Below the pieces are notes generated by a model. The model had not been told where the DNA came from. It saw nothing but the letters and a program-made list of their open reading frames with translations, and did no database searches. A stretch of DNA of 35,183 nt, from positions 1 through 35,183 of the IMG/VR virus record IMGVR_UViG_3300017785_006519. The stretch is one strand, 5' to 3'. The stretch's first letter is position 1. Every line of letters begins with the position of its first letter. Of this stretch, positions 25,448 to 33,381 are shown piece by piece. This stretch comes from a virus (Duplodnaviria; Caudoviricetes). The translations under genes and the position numbers were made by a program.

Positions 25448-25657
25448 TCAATGACCGGATTCATCGGTCTGCCAGTAATAGCAGGCTACGCGAAAAGCGT
25501 ATGTGGCGTCCACCCATCGCTTTTCTTTTATATACCGCTCGCCGATTTCTTCGCATTTTCCGGCAATTATTGCGGGCCGTAAATTACGCGACGGCATCGG
25601 CTGGCGTTCGGTGCAAGCCTCGTATGCAATGTTTTTAGCTTCTTGGTCTTCGTTCAT
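25448..25657 (-). CDS. Cassette 11 hypothetical protein
   Basis: 69 aa after the conserved leader. Confidence 0.7.
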   Translation of the reverse strand: MNEDQEAKNIAYEACTERQPMPSRNLRPAIIAGKCEEIGERYIKEKRWVDATYAFRVACYYWQTDESGH

Positions 25658-25698
25658 TTCAGTAATTTATTTAGTTATTCGGAAGGGATACAACGACC

Positions 25699-25745
25699 GC
25701 CCAACTATCAGGTAGAGTGGTCATGAGTCAGCTTGAGCGTTGGGC
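25699..25745 (+). repeat. attC 11, internally deleted (left arm lost)
   Basis: GCCCAAC joined directly to TATCAGGTAGAGTGGTCATGAGTCAGCTT, which is identical to the right arm of attC1, then GTTGGGC. Confidence 0.85.
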
Positions 25746-25747
25746 AA

Positions 25748-26335
25748 TCAGGAATCGGAAAGAGGCAGCTTGATCTCGGTGTAAATGCTAAGCGGTCCCG
25801 CCTTATCCAGCCAGTCACTCTGCCCTTGGCTCTCGGTTGACCGCTTATCGACCCCGTCTAGCACAGCCAAAGCGGCCGCATGGTCTCGATTGTATTCATC
25901 CACTTGTTCTTTCGAGCACACGTCCGGCAAGCAGTCCGGCCCCCACGATGCTAGTTTGGTTAAAGCTTTCCTGATCCGTCCGTTTTCCGCCTCAATCTCA
26001 GCGTATAATTTATATCGCATGCAATTGGTGGTCCACTCATCAGGACGACTTTCATTGGGCAATGGAGACACCAAGGCATCCCATGCGTCTATCTCTCGCG
26101 GCGCGTCGCCGATTTTGTGGCACTCAAAAGCGAGCGCGTCACGCAGAGCTTTTCCGCACTCCCGCAGCTTGGTGTTCTCGGCCCGCACTTGACGCAGCTC
26201 CTCGGCGTTGCAGCTCGCATCTAGCTCCATTTGTAGCCGTGCGTTCTCCCGCTCTAGGTTTTCGATTCGTTTACGCGCTGGAGAGCATTGCGCCTCCACC
26301 ATTTCCGCGAATTGTTCGTCAGTTAAATTGTCCAT
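25748..26335 (-). CDS. Coiled-coil hypothetical protein, probable fusion of two former cassette ORFs
   Basis: MDNLTD start; internal LPN encoded by a relic core ATTGGGC at 26054-26060. Confidence 0.65.
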   Translation of the reverse strand: MDNLTDEQFAEMVEAQCSPARKRIENLERENARLQMELDASCNAEELRQVRAENTKLRECGKALRDALAFECHKIGDAPREIDAWDALVSPLPNESRPDEWTTNCMRYKLYAEIEAENGRIRKALTKLASWGPDCLPDVCSKEQVDEYNRDHAAALAVLDGVDKRSTESQGQSDWLDKAGPLSIYTEIKLPLSDS

Positions 26336-26348
26336 ATTGTTTTTCGTT

Positions 26349-26759
26349 TTAGTTATCAGTTGAGCCAAAACCGCCCGCGCCGCGCTCGCTCGAATCCAGC
26401 TCGGCAACGACTGGCAGCGCCGCAAGCATGATGCGCGCTACCACGGCTTGCGCCACCCGTTGTCCCGACTCAATCGTTATCGGGTAATGCGTGAGGTTGG
26501 TCACTATTGCCGCCACTTCGCCGCGATAACCGGAATCCACCGTTCCGATGTGGCAGAGTAGGCCGCGCGCCGATAGGGACGAACGGCCACGGATCTGCAT
26601 TTCAAAGCCGTCTGGCAGTTGCACCGCGAAGCCGAGCGGGATTTTCACCGTGTAACCTGCGCCAATCACGGCGGGTTCACGGGCGCAGCAGTCAAGGCCG
26701 GCGTCGTTGGCGTGGGCGCGCGTTGGCGCTTGGCCGTTTTCAATCAGTTTTATTTTCAT
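26349..26759 (-). CDS. dut: dUTPase (trimeric family)
   Basis: AGLD, GRSS, GTVDSGYRG, RVAQ and RGAGGFGST motifs; alternative start at 26867. Confidence 0.95.
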   Translation of the reverse strand: MKIKLIENGQAPTRAHANDAGLDCCAREPAVIGAGYTVKIPLGFAVQLPDGFEMQIRGRSSLSARGLLCHIGTVDSGYRGEVAAIVTNLTHYPITIESGQRVAQAVVARIMLAALPVVAELDSSERGAGGFGSTDN

Positions 26760-26863
26760 TGGAGGGATTAAGCGTTGGGTTGAAGTGAGTCGGCGCTCTC
26801 GGGCGGCGCGTAGTGAGCGCGCCCAGTCGCTGCCGGTTATTGTTGTGAATTTTGCGGGCTCGC

Positions 26864-27592
26864 TCATGGCGTGGCTCGCGTGAATTTAACCACCGTGCAG
26901 AGGTCAAGTAGGCGCTGAATCATAGGGTCGCTGCGCTGCGCCCGCTTGTCGGTGGTGCCGCTCATCTGGTCGGGCGTGAGGTTGGTCGAAACAATCAGCG
27001 GCAGTCCGCGCTCGCGGCGCATGTCCAGAAATCGGAAAAACCAGCTCTGCGCCCAATCTTCCTGCGAGCGTTGCAGCGCCTCTTGCCCTAGGTCGTCGAG
27101 AATGAAGATCGGCTTCTTCGCCATTTCCACGACCCACCCCTGCGCATCGTCGCGCCCGAACTTGATCTGCTGGCCAAGGGTAAAGAAGAAATCGGCGGCG
27201 GAAAAGTAGCGCACCTCGCGGGCCTCATCCAGCGCCAGCTTGCGGTAAAGCGCCGTGATTGCGCGGGTCTTCCCCGTGCCCGTCGGCCCCGATGCGAGCA
27301 GGCCGCGAGCGCCAGGTGTCCAGCTTAGGACGGTTTTAATCTGCGCCGCGTTGGGCTGCATCGCCGGGTGATTCCAGTCGCTCACTTGGTACTCGCTGCC
27401 GATGTCACGGGCAAAACGGTTTGCGGCGTCTTTGGCGCGTGCTTCGGCCACAAGTCGGGTCGATACCGCTTCGTGGTCTGTAATCGCCCCAGACCGCAGG
27501 GAATCCACATCAACGCCCCACGCTTGCGCGAAGGTGGCGGCAATGTCGCCCAGCGCGGCGCTTGCGGTGGTCGTTTGGGTATCACCACGCAT
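26864..27592 (-). CDS. DnaC/IstB-like AAA+ helicase loader
   Basis: GPTGTGKT, ILDDLG and STN motifs. Confidence 0.9.
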   Translation of the reverse strand: MRGDTQTTTASAALGDIAATFAQAWGVDVDSLRSGAITDHEAVSTRLVAEARAKDAANRFARDIGSEYQVSDWNHPAMQPNAAQIKTVLSWTPGARGLLASGPTGTGKTRAITALYRKLALDEAREVRYFSAADFFFTLGQQIKFGRDDAQGWVVEMAKKPIFILDDLGQEALQRSQEDWAQSWFFRFLDMRRERGLPLIVSTNLTPDQMSGTTDKRAQRSDPMIQRLLDLCTVVKFTRATP

Positions 27593-28277
27593 TGGAGTGG
27601 ATGGCTAATGGTTTTGAGTTGGTGCTGCTCATCGGCTTTTCAGCGCGGTTCAGCCAGTTGATGAAAAAAGCGCGGGAAAGATTGCGGCGCTTGGTTTCGC
27701 ACCACATCGCCGCTTTCGCGTGCTCGCGCTCGATGTCGATTCCAGTGTAGGCGGGCGAAGTCTTGAGCGATGCCAGCCACTCGGCGTCGGTGGCCTTTGG
27801 GGGCTTGGGCGCTTTCGGCTCTTTGACGACATCGCCCGCCGCCTTCTTCTTCCCTTCCTCTTCCCTTCCTCTTCCCTTCCCTTCCGCATCAGCGAAACCG
27901 ATGCCGACCGCATTGCCAACCGGATGGCAGGTGGCATCGGCTTCGCGCTTTTCCCAACGGGCCGCAGCTCCGGCGATAGCGTTCACGCGGTTGGCTTGCA
28001 CCTGCTTCTCCTTGGCGAGTGGGTAGAAGTTCACCTCGATGGAGTCGCCCGCCGACTTCCGCCAAAGCAGGCAGCGGTCTACAAGTTCGGATCGGGTAAT
28101 GCGCAAAAGCTGCTGCAGCTTGCGGTCTGACCACTCGAAGCCGCCCTCGATAACTCCGCCGTTTTCCTGCCCTGCGCAGTAGCGTAGCAGGCACAGCCAC
28201 GTTGCGCGCTGGTTCGGATCGGCACCGATGAACTCGGGCGAGTCCAGCGTGCTGGTGTGTATGTTGAGCCATTCCAT
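27582..28277 (-). CDS. Phage replication initiator
   Basis: Upstream of the DnaC-like gene; purine-rich linker; C-terminal 'FINWLNRA'. Confidence 0.75.
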   Translation of the reverse strand: MEWLNIHTSTLDSPEFIGADPNQRATWLCLLRYCAGQENGGVIEGGFEWSDRKLQQLLRITRSELVDRCLLWRKSAGDSIEVNFYPLAKEKQVQANRVNAIAGAAARWEKREADATCHPVGNAVGIGFADAEGKGRGREEEGKKKAAGDVVKEPKAPKPPKATDAEWLASLKTSPAYTGIDIEREHAKAAMWCETKRRNLSRAFFINWLNRAEKPMSSTNSKPLAIHSNAW

Positions 28278-28281
28278 GTTT

Positions 28282-28737
28282 TTAAAGGTCGATGACGTTG
28301 ACCGTGATGAGCACGCCCGGCCCGCGCTCGGCGTCCGCGTAGAACTTGGAGATTAAAAGCGGGGTCACTTGGCAGTCGTCCTTCCACCAGCCCGCGTCGG
28401 TCAGAGCGTCGAGCACGGCCTTGGCCAGATTGTCGGCGTCGGGTTTGATCGTGTGCCGAGTGGGGGCGAGGTCGCGCAGGTCGGCGGCACGCGCTCCGGT
28501 GAAAAAATGCGTGCGCGGGCGGGCAAAATAAAACGACAGGAATACTTTGACTGCGCCGGTGAGCGGTGCGTCGGGGCGGTGGCGGGTGCCTGCTTTGACG
28601 ACTGCCGCCTTCCATTCGTCAGACGTGCCCGCGTCGTACATGCGCGCCGTGTATTTACCGCCGACCCGAAAGGCGCAGGCGCGGGGGCGCGGCTGGCCTT
28701 TGGGATCTCCTGCGGCGTAAAATTCAAATGTTTCCAT
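28282..28737 (-). CDS. rusA: RusA-family Holliday junction resolvase
   Basis: KPDADNLAKAVLDAL...DDCQV. Confidence 0.93.
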   Translation of the reverse strand: METFEFYAAGDPKGQPRPRACAFRVGGKYTARMYDAGTSDEWKAAVVKAGTRHRPDAPLTGAVKVFLSFYFARPRTHFFTGARAADLRDLAPTRHTIKPDADNLAKAVLDALTDAGWWKDDCQVTPLLISKFYADAERGPGVLITVNVIDL

Positions 28738-28766
28738 GTGGTGTCCGTGTTGCGCCGTGTTACGGC

Positions 28767-28919
28767 TTAGCGTTTACGCGCAAACAGTTTGCGGAGTTCG
28801 GCGCGCTCGGCCTTGGGCATTTTGAGGAATCGCCCTGGCCCGCATACGCGGTTTCCGTGCACCCAGCCGGAGGCGAGGGCGCGTTCAATGGTACGTTGTC
28901 CTGTCGTGGAAATGGTCAT
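28767..28919 (-). CDS. Hypothetical protein (50 aa)
   Basis: ATGA-coupled small ORF MTISTTGQRT... Confidence 0.5.
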   Translation of the reverse strand: MTISTTGQRTIERALASGWVHGNRVCGPGRFLKMPKAERAELRKLFARKR

Positions 28920-29119
28920 GCTGTTTTGGTCTTGGTTTTCTTGGTGGTCTTAAACTTCCCGTCCGGCTCGCGGCGGGCTTTGTCTTTGTCGATCTGATCG
29001 AAGTGGTAATCACACCACCCCAGGGCGCGGCCCTTGCAGGTGCCACGCGCTTTGCCCACTTGGTAGGCCGTAAACACCGCGCTCACGACGAGCGCGGCGG
29101 TGAGGATTTCGGCGATCAT
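28916..29119 (-). CDS. Small membrane-anchored protein
   Basis: MIAEILTAALVVS start coupled to the upstream stop. Confidence 0.6.
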   Translation of the reverse strand: MIAEILTAALVVSAVFTAYQVGKARGTCKGRALGWCDYHFDQIDKDKARREPDGKFKTTKKTKTKTA

Positions 29120-29376
29120 TAGTAGGCTTCGATTTCGGTTTTCACGGTAGCCAGTAGGCAATCGGCAATCGCCAGCTCGGGGGTTTCGCCGAAGCCCATT
29201 CGCTGCTTGCATGTTTTAATGTAATGCCCCGCTGGGCGGTAATCTAAAGTGACGAAAGTTTCGATGGCCCGCCACTCGATGCCGCTACTCCATGCGCTGC
29301 CGTGCAGCGCCATGCCGGGGTGCATCGCAATCAGGGCGCTAAGGTGGTCGTTGATCATGGTGTTAAAACGGGACAT
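29119..29376 (-). CDS. Hypothetical protein
   Basis: ORF in the operon; start MSRFN. Confidence 0.6.
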   Translation of the reverse strand: MSRFNTMINDHLSALIAMHPGMALHGSAWSSGIEWRAIETFVTLDYRPAGHYIKTCKQRMGFGETPELAIADCLLATVKTEIEAY

Positions 29377-29839
29377 CAGAATCAATTTCGCCTTGGCTGG
29401 TGTTGGCGGAAGGCGCGGCAGGCGTGGCCACCGGCGCAGCACCAACGAGCGTTCCTTTATTCATGTGCCACAGCGTGCGAGCGGCGTTCTTGAGCATGAT
29501 CTCAGCTGGGCGCGGCGGGAACGGCTCGCCTTGGTTGTTGAGGCGCGGCTCTTGGTCGGTGGCGTACCAGCGCAGCGAGTTTGCGGGAAGCTGCGAAATC
29601 GGCTCGCCGTTGCGCTTGCCAAAATGAATCAGCACGTCGCCCGCGTTGGCGATAATCTCGGAGGGCTGCGGGATTTCGTCGTTGTTAAAAGACTTTGTGG
29701 GCAGGGCTTTCGGCGGCAAGTAGGACTGTGCCGGTGTAGGCCGGTTGACCGATGCCTTCACGGCTTCGGTGAGTTCGCGGATCGTCAGATCCAGCGACTT
29801 GATTGCGCTGATCAGTTGGGTGTTTTGTTCTTCGGTCAT
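29363..29839 (-). CDS. Hypothetical protein with an SSB-like acidic tail
   Basis: FGKRNG...LRWY motif; ends DSDVPF. Confidence 0.65.
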   Translation of the reverse strand: MTEEQNTQLISAIKSLDLTIRELTEAVKASVNRPTPAQSYLPPKALPTKSFNNDEIPQPSEIIANAGDVLIHFGKRNGEPISQLPANSLRWYATDQEPRLNNQGEPFPPRPAEIMLKNAARTLWHMNKGTLVGAAPVATPAAPSANTSQGEIDSDVPF

Positions 29840-29842
29840 AAA

Positions 29843-30481
29843 TTAGGCTTTGTCGATTTGGAGTAATGGGAGGGCGAGGTAGCGGGCTGCTTTGTAATCG
29901 GCCACGAACGCATCAAGTGAGGCGGCGAGCTTTTCCGTGTAGTCATCCCAGTGAACGATGACGTGGTGCGGCTTCATGCCCGGGAAGTAGCTCCAGAAGT
30001 GCCACTCGGTGAGGCCGGTAACGGCCATGCTGCCGTGCACCTGCTGCTTGTAATCGTCGGGCAAACCGCCGTCTAAAACGTAGCCGATGTGCACCTTGGG
30101 CGACGGGCATTTGATTTCGAGCCCCGCCATGTATTCGCCAGCGGCGTCGGTGATGAGTCCATCGGGCGAGCATCCCGTGATGCCGTCGTCACGGATACAA
30201 AACCCGACCTGCGCCACGGTCAGCCCGGTAGCTTTGGCAAACGACTCCCGCGCTTCGGGCTCAAGGTCGTTGCCGCGCTGCATGTCGGCGCTCTTAAAAA
30301 TGTAGCTCCACTCAGGGCAGAAGGTTTGGCCGATCAGTTCGCGGATGTAACCCTTGGCCGACTTGCTCAAATCGCCCTTGGCGGCGGTGATGATGTCGGA
30401 AAAGCGCGAGGCCGTGGGGCGACCGCAGCGGGCTTGCAACCATTCCGGCGTGCCCTGTTCAAGCTCTAGGATGACTCTCAT
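29843..30481 (-). CDS. YqaJ/lambda exonuclease family protein
   Basis: QGTPEWLQAR, TASRF, GCSPDG and LEIKCP motifs. Confidence 0.93.
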   Translation of the reverse strand: MRVILELEQGTPEWLQARCGRPTASRFSDIITAAKGDLSKSAKGYIRELIGQTFCPEWSYIFKSADMQRGNDLEPEARESFAKATGLTVAQVGFCIRDDGITGCSPDGLITDAAGEYMAGLEIKCPSPKVHIGYVLDGGLPDDYKQQVHGSMAVTGLTEWHFWSYFPGMKPHHVIVHWDDYTEKLAASLDAFVADYKAARYLALPLLQIDKA

Positions 30482-31164
30482 TGTGCGCCCTCCTCGGTGC
30501 TGGCGATGTCGGAGGCGAACGGGTTAATCGGGGTTTCGAGCGCCACCGTTTCGGCTTTCGACGGAGTGACGTTGCGGGGTAAATCCGCTGCGATGTGGCC
30601 CAGCTCCTCGGTGGTTTTTAATCCCTTGAGCACGTCGCCGAAATTGTCGCGCAGGTTAAAACCACGGGCGCGGAAAAGCAGCATGCGTTCGGGGTACTGC
30701 GTCCACGGGCCGGCCTTGCCCCAAAGACCGGCGAGCTTGGCGTCGGCCACGCTGAAGCGGGATTCAAGCGGCTCGGAGTCCACGCGCTTGCTCGTCACGA
30801 TGACCGTGAGCTTGTCGCCCGTGCCCTCGGTTTTTTGGACGTAGCTTTGGCACAGCCCCGAGGCGCGAACCAGGGCGAGGGCGGCGTCACCGTAGATGCC
30901 GGGGCGTCCGTTGATGACGCCGATGTTTTGCAGCGCGGCCATCGGGGTGAGCCCCAACTCCATGCCGAGCTGAATGGCGATCAGGATGGACTCAGGTTTT
31001 TCCATGCCCTTGGGGGCGAAGCCGCTTGTGGCAACGGCCTTGGCGAAGCGGAAGGCTTCTTCGAGCGATTGGAGTTGAACGCCGGTCTTGCCCATCGCCA
31101 TGCGAGGCGGAACGGGCGCGAGTGCGGTTGTCGTGGGGACGGTGATTTGTGTGGTTTCGCTCAT
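30478..31164 (-). CDS. RecT-like single-strand annealing protein
   Basis: GMELGLTPM, INGRP and WTQYPERML motifs; adjacent to the exonuclease. Confidence 0.8.
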   Translation of the reverse strand: MSETTQITVPTTTALAPVPPRMAMGKTGVQLQSLEEAFRFAKAVATSGFAPKGMEKPESILIAIQLGMELGLTPMAALQNIGVINGRPGIYGDAALALVRASGLCQSYVQKTEGTGDKLTVIVTSKRVDSEPLESRFSVADAKLAGLWGKAGPWTQYPERMLLFRARGFNLRDNFGDVLKGLKTTEELGHIAADLPRNVTPSKAETVALETPINPFASDIASTEEGAQ

Positions 31165-31165
31165 G

Positions 31166-31570
31166 TTATTGTGTGATGGTTTTGCTGGCGGAAATTTGGC
31201 TAACGATGTTCTTGTAAAGCTCTGAGCCCTTGCGCTTTTGCGGTGCTTTCGGGCGCTTGGTGGTGAGTCCTGCTTCGGCTAGGACGCGGCTCGCCGTGGT
31301 GGAGCTGGAATTGGCAAGGCGCGCCGCCTCTAGGATGCTGCCCACCTGCTTGTAAGCCTCGATGATCTCGGCGTCCCGCTTGGCCCGTGCCTCGGGGCTG
31401 CGCTGCATGAGCCGCGTCCGCTCGCTCATGCGGTAGGACGCATCTCTGAACTTTTTCGGCTGGTTGGCATCCTTAGGAATTAGCGCCAAGAGCTTTGCGT
31501 GACGCTCGCCTAGTCGCTCAAAGTAGCGAACCACGGTGCTGACCTGTTCGGAGCTGGCGGAGTAGCTCAC
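31166..31570 (-). CDS. HTH-containing protein
   Basis: 'SILEAARLANSSSTTASRVL'. Confidence 0.65.
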   Translation of the reverse strand: MSYSASSEQVSTVVRYFERLGERHAKLLALIPKDANQPKKFRDASYRMSERTRLMQRSPEARAKRDAEIIEAYKQVGSILEAARLANSSSTTASRVLAEAGLTTKRPKAPQKRKGSELYKNIVSQISASKTITQ

Positions 31571-31680
31571 GCGCTACCCTCCAACGTGGTCGGCGAGCCG
31601 TCCGCCTTGGCGGTGTAGGTGCTGGAGCGGTTGACCGCGTAACCGGCCTTTAGGTGGGTGGTTCGTATGTCGTCTTGCAT
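31567..31680 (-). CDS. Hypothetical 37-aa peptide
   Basis: GTGA overlap with the downstream gene. Confidence 0.35.
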   Translation of the reverse strand: MQDDIRTTHLKAGYAVNRSSTYTAKADGSPTTLEGSA

Positions 31681-31883
31681 GGTGGTTTGTGGTTTCGCTG
31701 AAAATTTTCGCTGGCCTTATTTCGCGGCCCGCCAGCTAGGTCGGTGGCTTTTTTGGTTCGGTAGAGGGTATGCGTCCCCCAATTGGCACCCCGTGCCGCC
31801 TCCGCTTGTCCTTGTCTTTATCGCGTTTCCACAGGCAAAACGGCCAAGGGGCGGCGATCAGCCGGGGAAAGTGTTGCGGTGGC

Positions 31884-32153
31884 TCAGGCCGCTTTTGAGG
31901 TGAATTTCACCCGAGCCTCTTTCGCTAAGCCTTGGTCAAGGCGGTGTATCGGGTAGCGGTCGGAGCCGCTGCGCTCGACGCCGAAAGTTTTGGCCCATGC
32001 GTAAAAACCCGACTTACTATCTTTTTTCACATAGCTGATGGCCTCGGCGGTCGTGAGGATCAGGCCGGTGGGCTGGGGCTTCTGGCTTTCGCGGATCGCG
32101 GCTACAATCTGCTGAATCGCGGAGGGGCTCAGGTCGGAGAGGGTCGCGCTCAC
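31884..32153 (-). CDS. Excisionase-like HTH protein
   Basis: 'LILTTAEAISYV...FYAW...RYPIHRLD'. Confidence 0.65.
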   Translation of the reverse strand: MSATLSDLSPSAIQQIVAAIRESQKPQPTGLILTTAEAISYVKKDSKSGFYAWAKTFGVERSGSDRYPIHRLDQGLAKEARVKFTSKAA

Positions 32154-32272
32154 TTGGCGTCCTCCTTCTGGATCTCGTCGAGGGCGTCCTTGGCGGGCTT
32201 TCCGGCGCAGGTGCAGAGGACCATGACGGTCACGAGGAAGGCGGCGCTGGCCAAGGCGATGATCGGGATCAT
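32150..32272 (-). CDS. Small membrane peptide (40 aa)
   Basis: 4-bp overlaps at both ends; hydrophobic N-terminus. Confidence 0.5.
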   Translation of the reverse strand: MIPIIALASAAFLVTVMVLCTCAGKPAKDALDEIQKEDAK

Positions 32273-32436
32273 TTGGCCCCTTTCATCGTGCCCCGCCGTG
32301 TTACGGCCAAGGCCAAAAGATAACGGATCTGACCGCTCAAGCTGCGGCCATCCTGCTTTGCGGATTTCTGCAATTGGGCGAGCACCCCGTCCGCAAGGGT
32401 GAAGCTGACGTTTTTTGGTTTCTGCATGGGTTGCAT
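32269..32436 (-). CDS. Arc/CopG-like ribbon-helix-helix regulator (Cro position)
   Basis: VSFTL...AKQDGRSLSGQIRYLL; alternative start at 32427. Confidence 0.8.
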   Translation of the reverse strand: MQPMQKPKNVSFTLADGVLAQLQKSAKQDGRSLSGQIRYLLALAVTRRGTMKGAK

Positions 32437-32525
32437 ACCCCATGTCGTGCCTGTCCGTGTTACGTCTGGCAAACTATTTCATTAAAAAAGTTGAAAATAA
32501 GTTAAAATGGGTTGGGTTTACCTAG

Positions 32526-32783
32526 ATGAAACACAACAAATCGCACGACCGAGCGGCGGATAAAATGGGCTTTTCGATTGCGCTGGAGCGAAGTCTGGTG
32601 GCGGAAATCAACCGCTACGCCGAGGCGGAAGGCCGTAACCGCAACCAGCAGATTCGATGGATGCTGCTTGAGTCGCTGGGAGAGCGGGCGAAGGCGCGGG
32701 CGGTTACGCCCAGCGCCCGCGCCATAGCACCGCGCCACCTCAATCACGACGCCCCGCCCCAGCAGGATCAGCGCAGCGCCTAG
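32526..32783 (+). CDS. Ribbon-helix-helix regulator (CI position)
   Basis: FSIAL...AEAEGRNRNQQIRWML; divergent from the early operon. Confidence 0.75.
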   Translation: MKHNKSHDRAADKMGFSIALERSLVAEINRYAEAEGRNRNQQIRWMLLESLGERAKARAVTPSARAIAPRHLNHDAPPQQDQRSA

Positions 32784-32989
32784 GGCTCTTGCCCCCACCC
32801 CTTGGCCTCCGCCTCGCTGGGGTGGATGTGGGTTTTTGGCGGCCTTAACCCCTGCGCTCTTACCCACTCCTTGAGCGTTTCCAGCTCAAGGATCACGACC
32901 ATTCCGACCTCAACCGCCTCCTCTTTTGTGGCTGCTTCACGCAGCGATTTGCGGAAAAAATAGGCGCTCGGCTGGTATGAGGTCGGCAT
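32780..32989 (-). CDS. Hypothetical protein
   Basis: 69-aa ORF with globular composition. Confidence 0.6.
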   Translation of the reverse strand: MPTSYQPSAYFFRKSLREAATKEEAVEVGMVVILELETLKEWVRAQGLRPPKTHIHPSEAEAKGWGQEP

Positions 32990-33198
32990 GACTTCAATTC
33001 ATTGGCACATTTAGGCTTAAACTTGAATTCATTATGTAAGTGCCTGCAAAAGTCATTGCGTATGTAATTTATTACGCGGTTTTGGCGGTTTTCGGCTGTG
33101 AATTGGCGGATTCGTGCGTTCTGGAATTACGTAAACCATTGCAAAGATGATTACTCTACGTAATTTAATCGCGGGCTTTTGCCGTTTTTGGGCGTTTT

Positions 33199-33381
33199 CA
33201 CCCTAAAAAGACATATTTACCCTAAAATATGGCGATTTTAGGGGTGTTTACCCCTAAACATATTTTACCCTAAAAAATGCTCTTTATAGGGCTTACCCCT
33301 ATAAACATATTTTCCCCCCTATATACATAGGGGGTGGAATATGTTTGGGGAGTAGGGTTGGATTTACCCTAAACCCTAAAC
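33199..33381. repeat. Iteron-like CCCTAAA / ACATATTT repeat cluster
   Basis: Multiple direct and inverted copies in an AT-rich intergenic region. Confidence 0.75.

Larger units (their letters stand above)
21375..26360 (+). mobile_element. Integron-type gene cassette array without intI (CALIN-like); 11 attC sites, ~12-13 cassettes, ORFs inverted
   Basis: Regular alternation of ~90-bp attC hairpins and small ORFs; each cassette's left core complements its own R''. Confidence 0.92.

Noticed and set aside
21565-25745. CRISPR array or simple terminator repeats
   Set aside because: The repeats are ~90 bp, divergent and attC-structured, and are separated by whole genes; there are no cas genes or poly-T tails.
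33367-33381. Plant-type telomere repeat (CCCTAAA)2
   Set aside because: Only two tandem copies, internal, and part of a degenerate iteron-like cluster.
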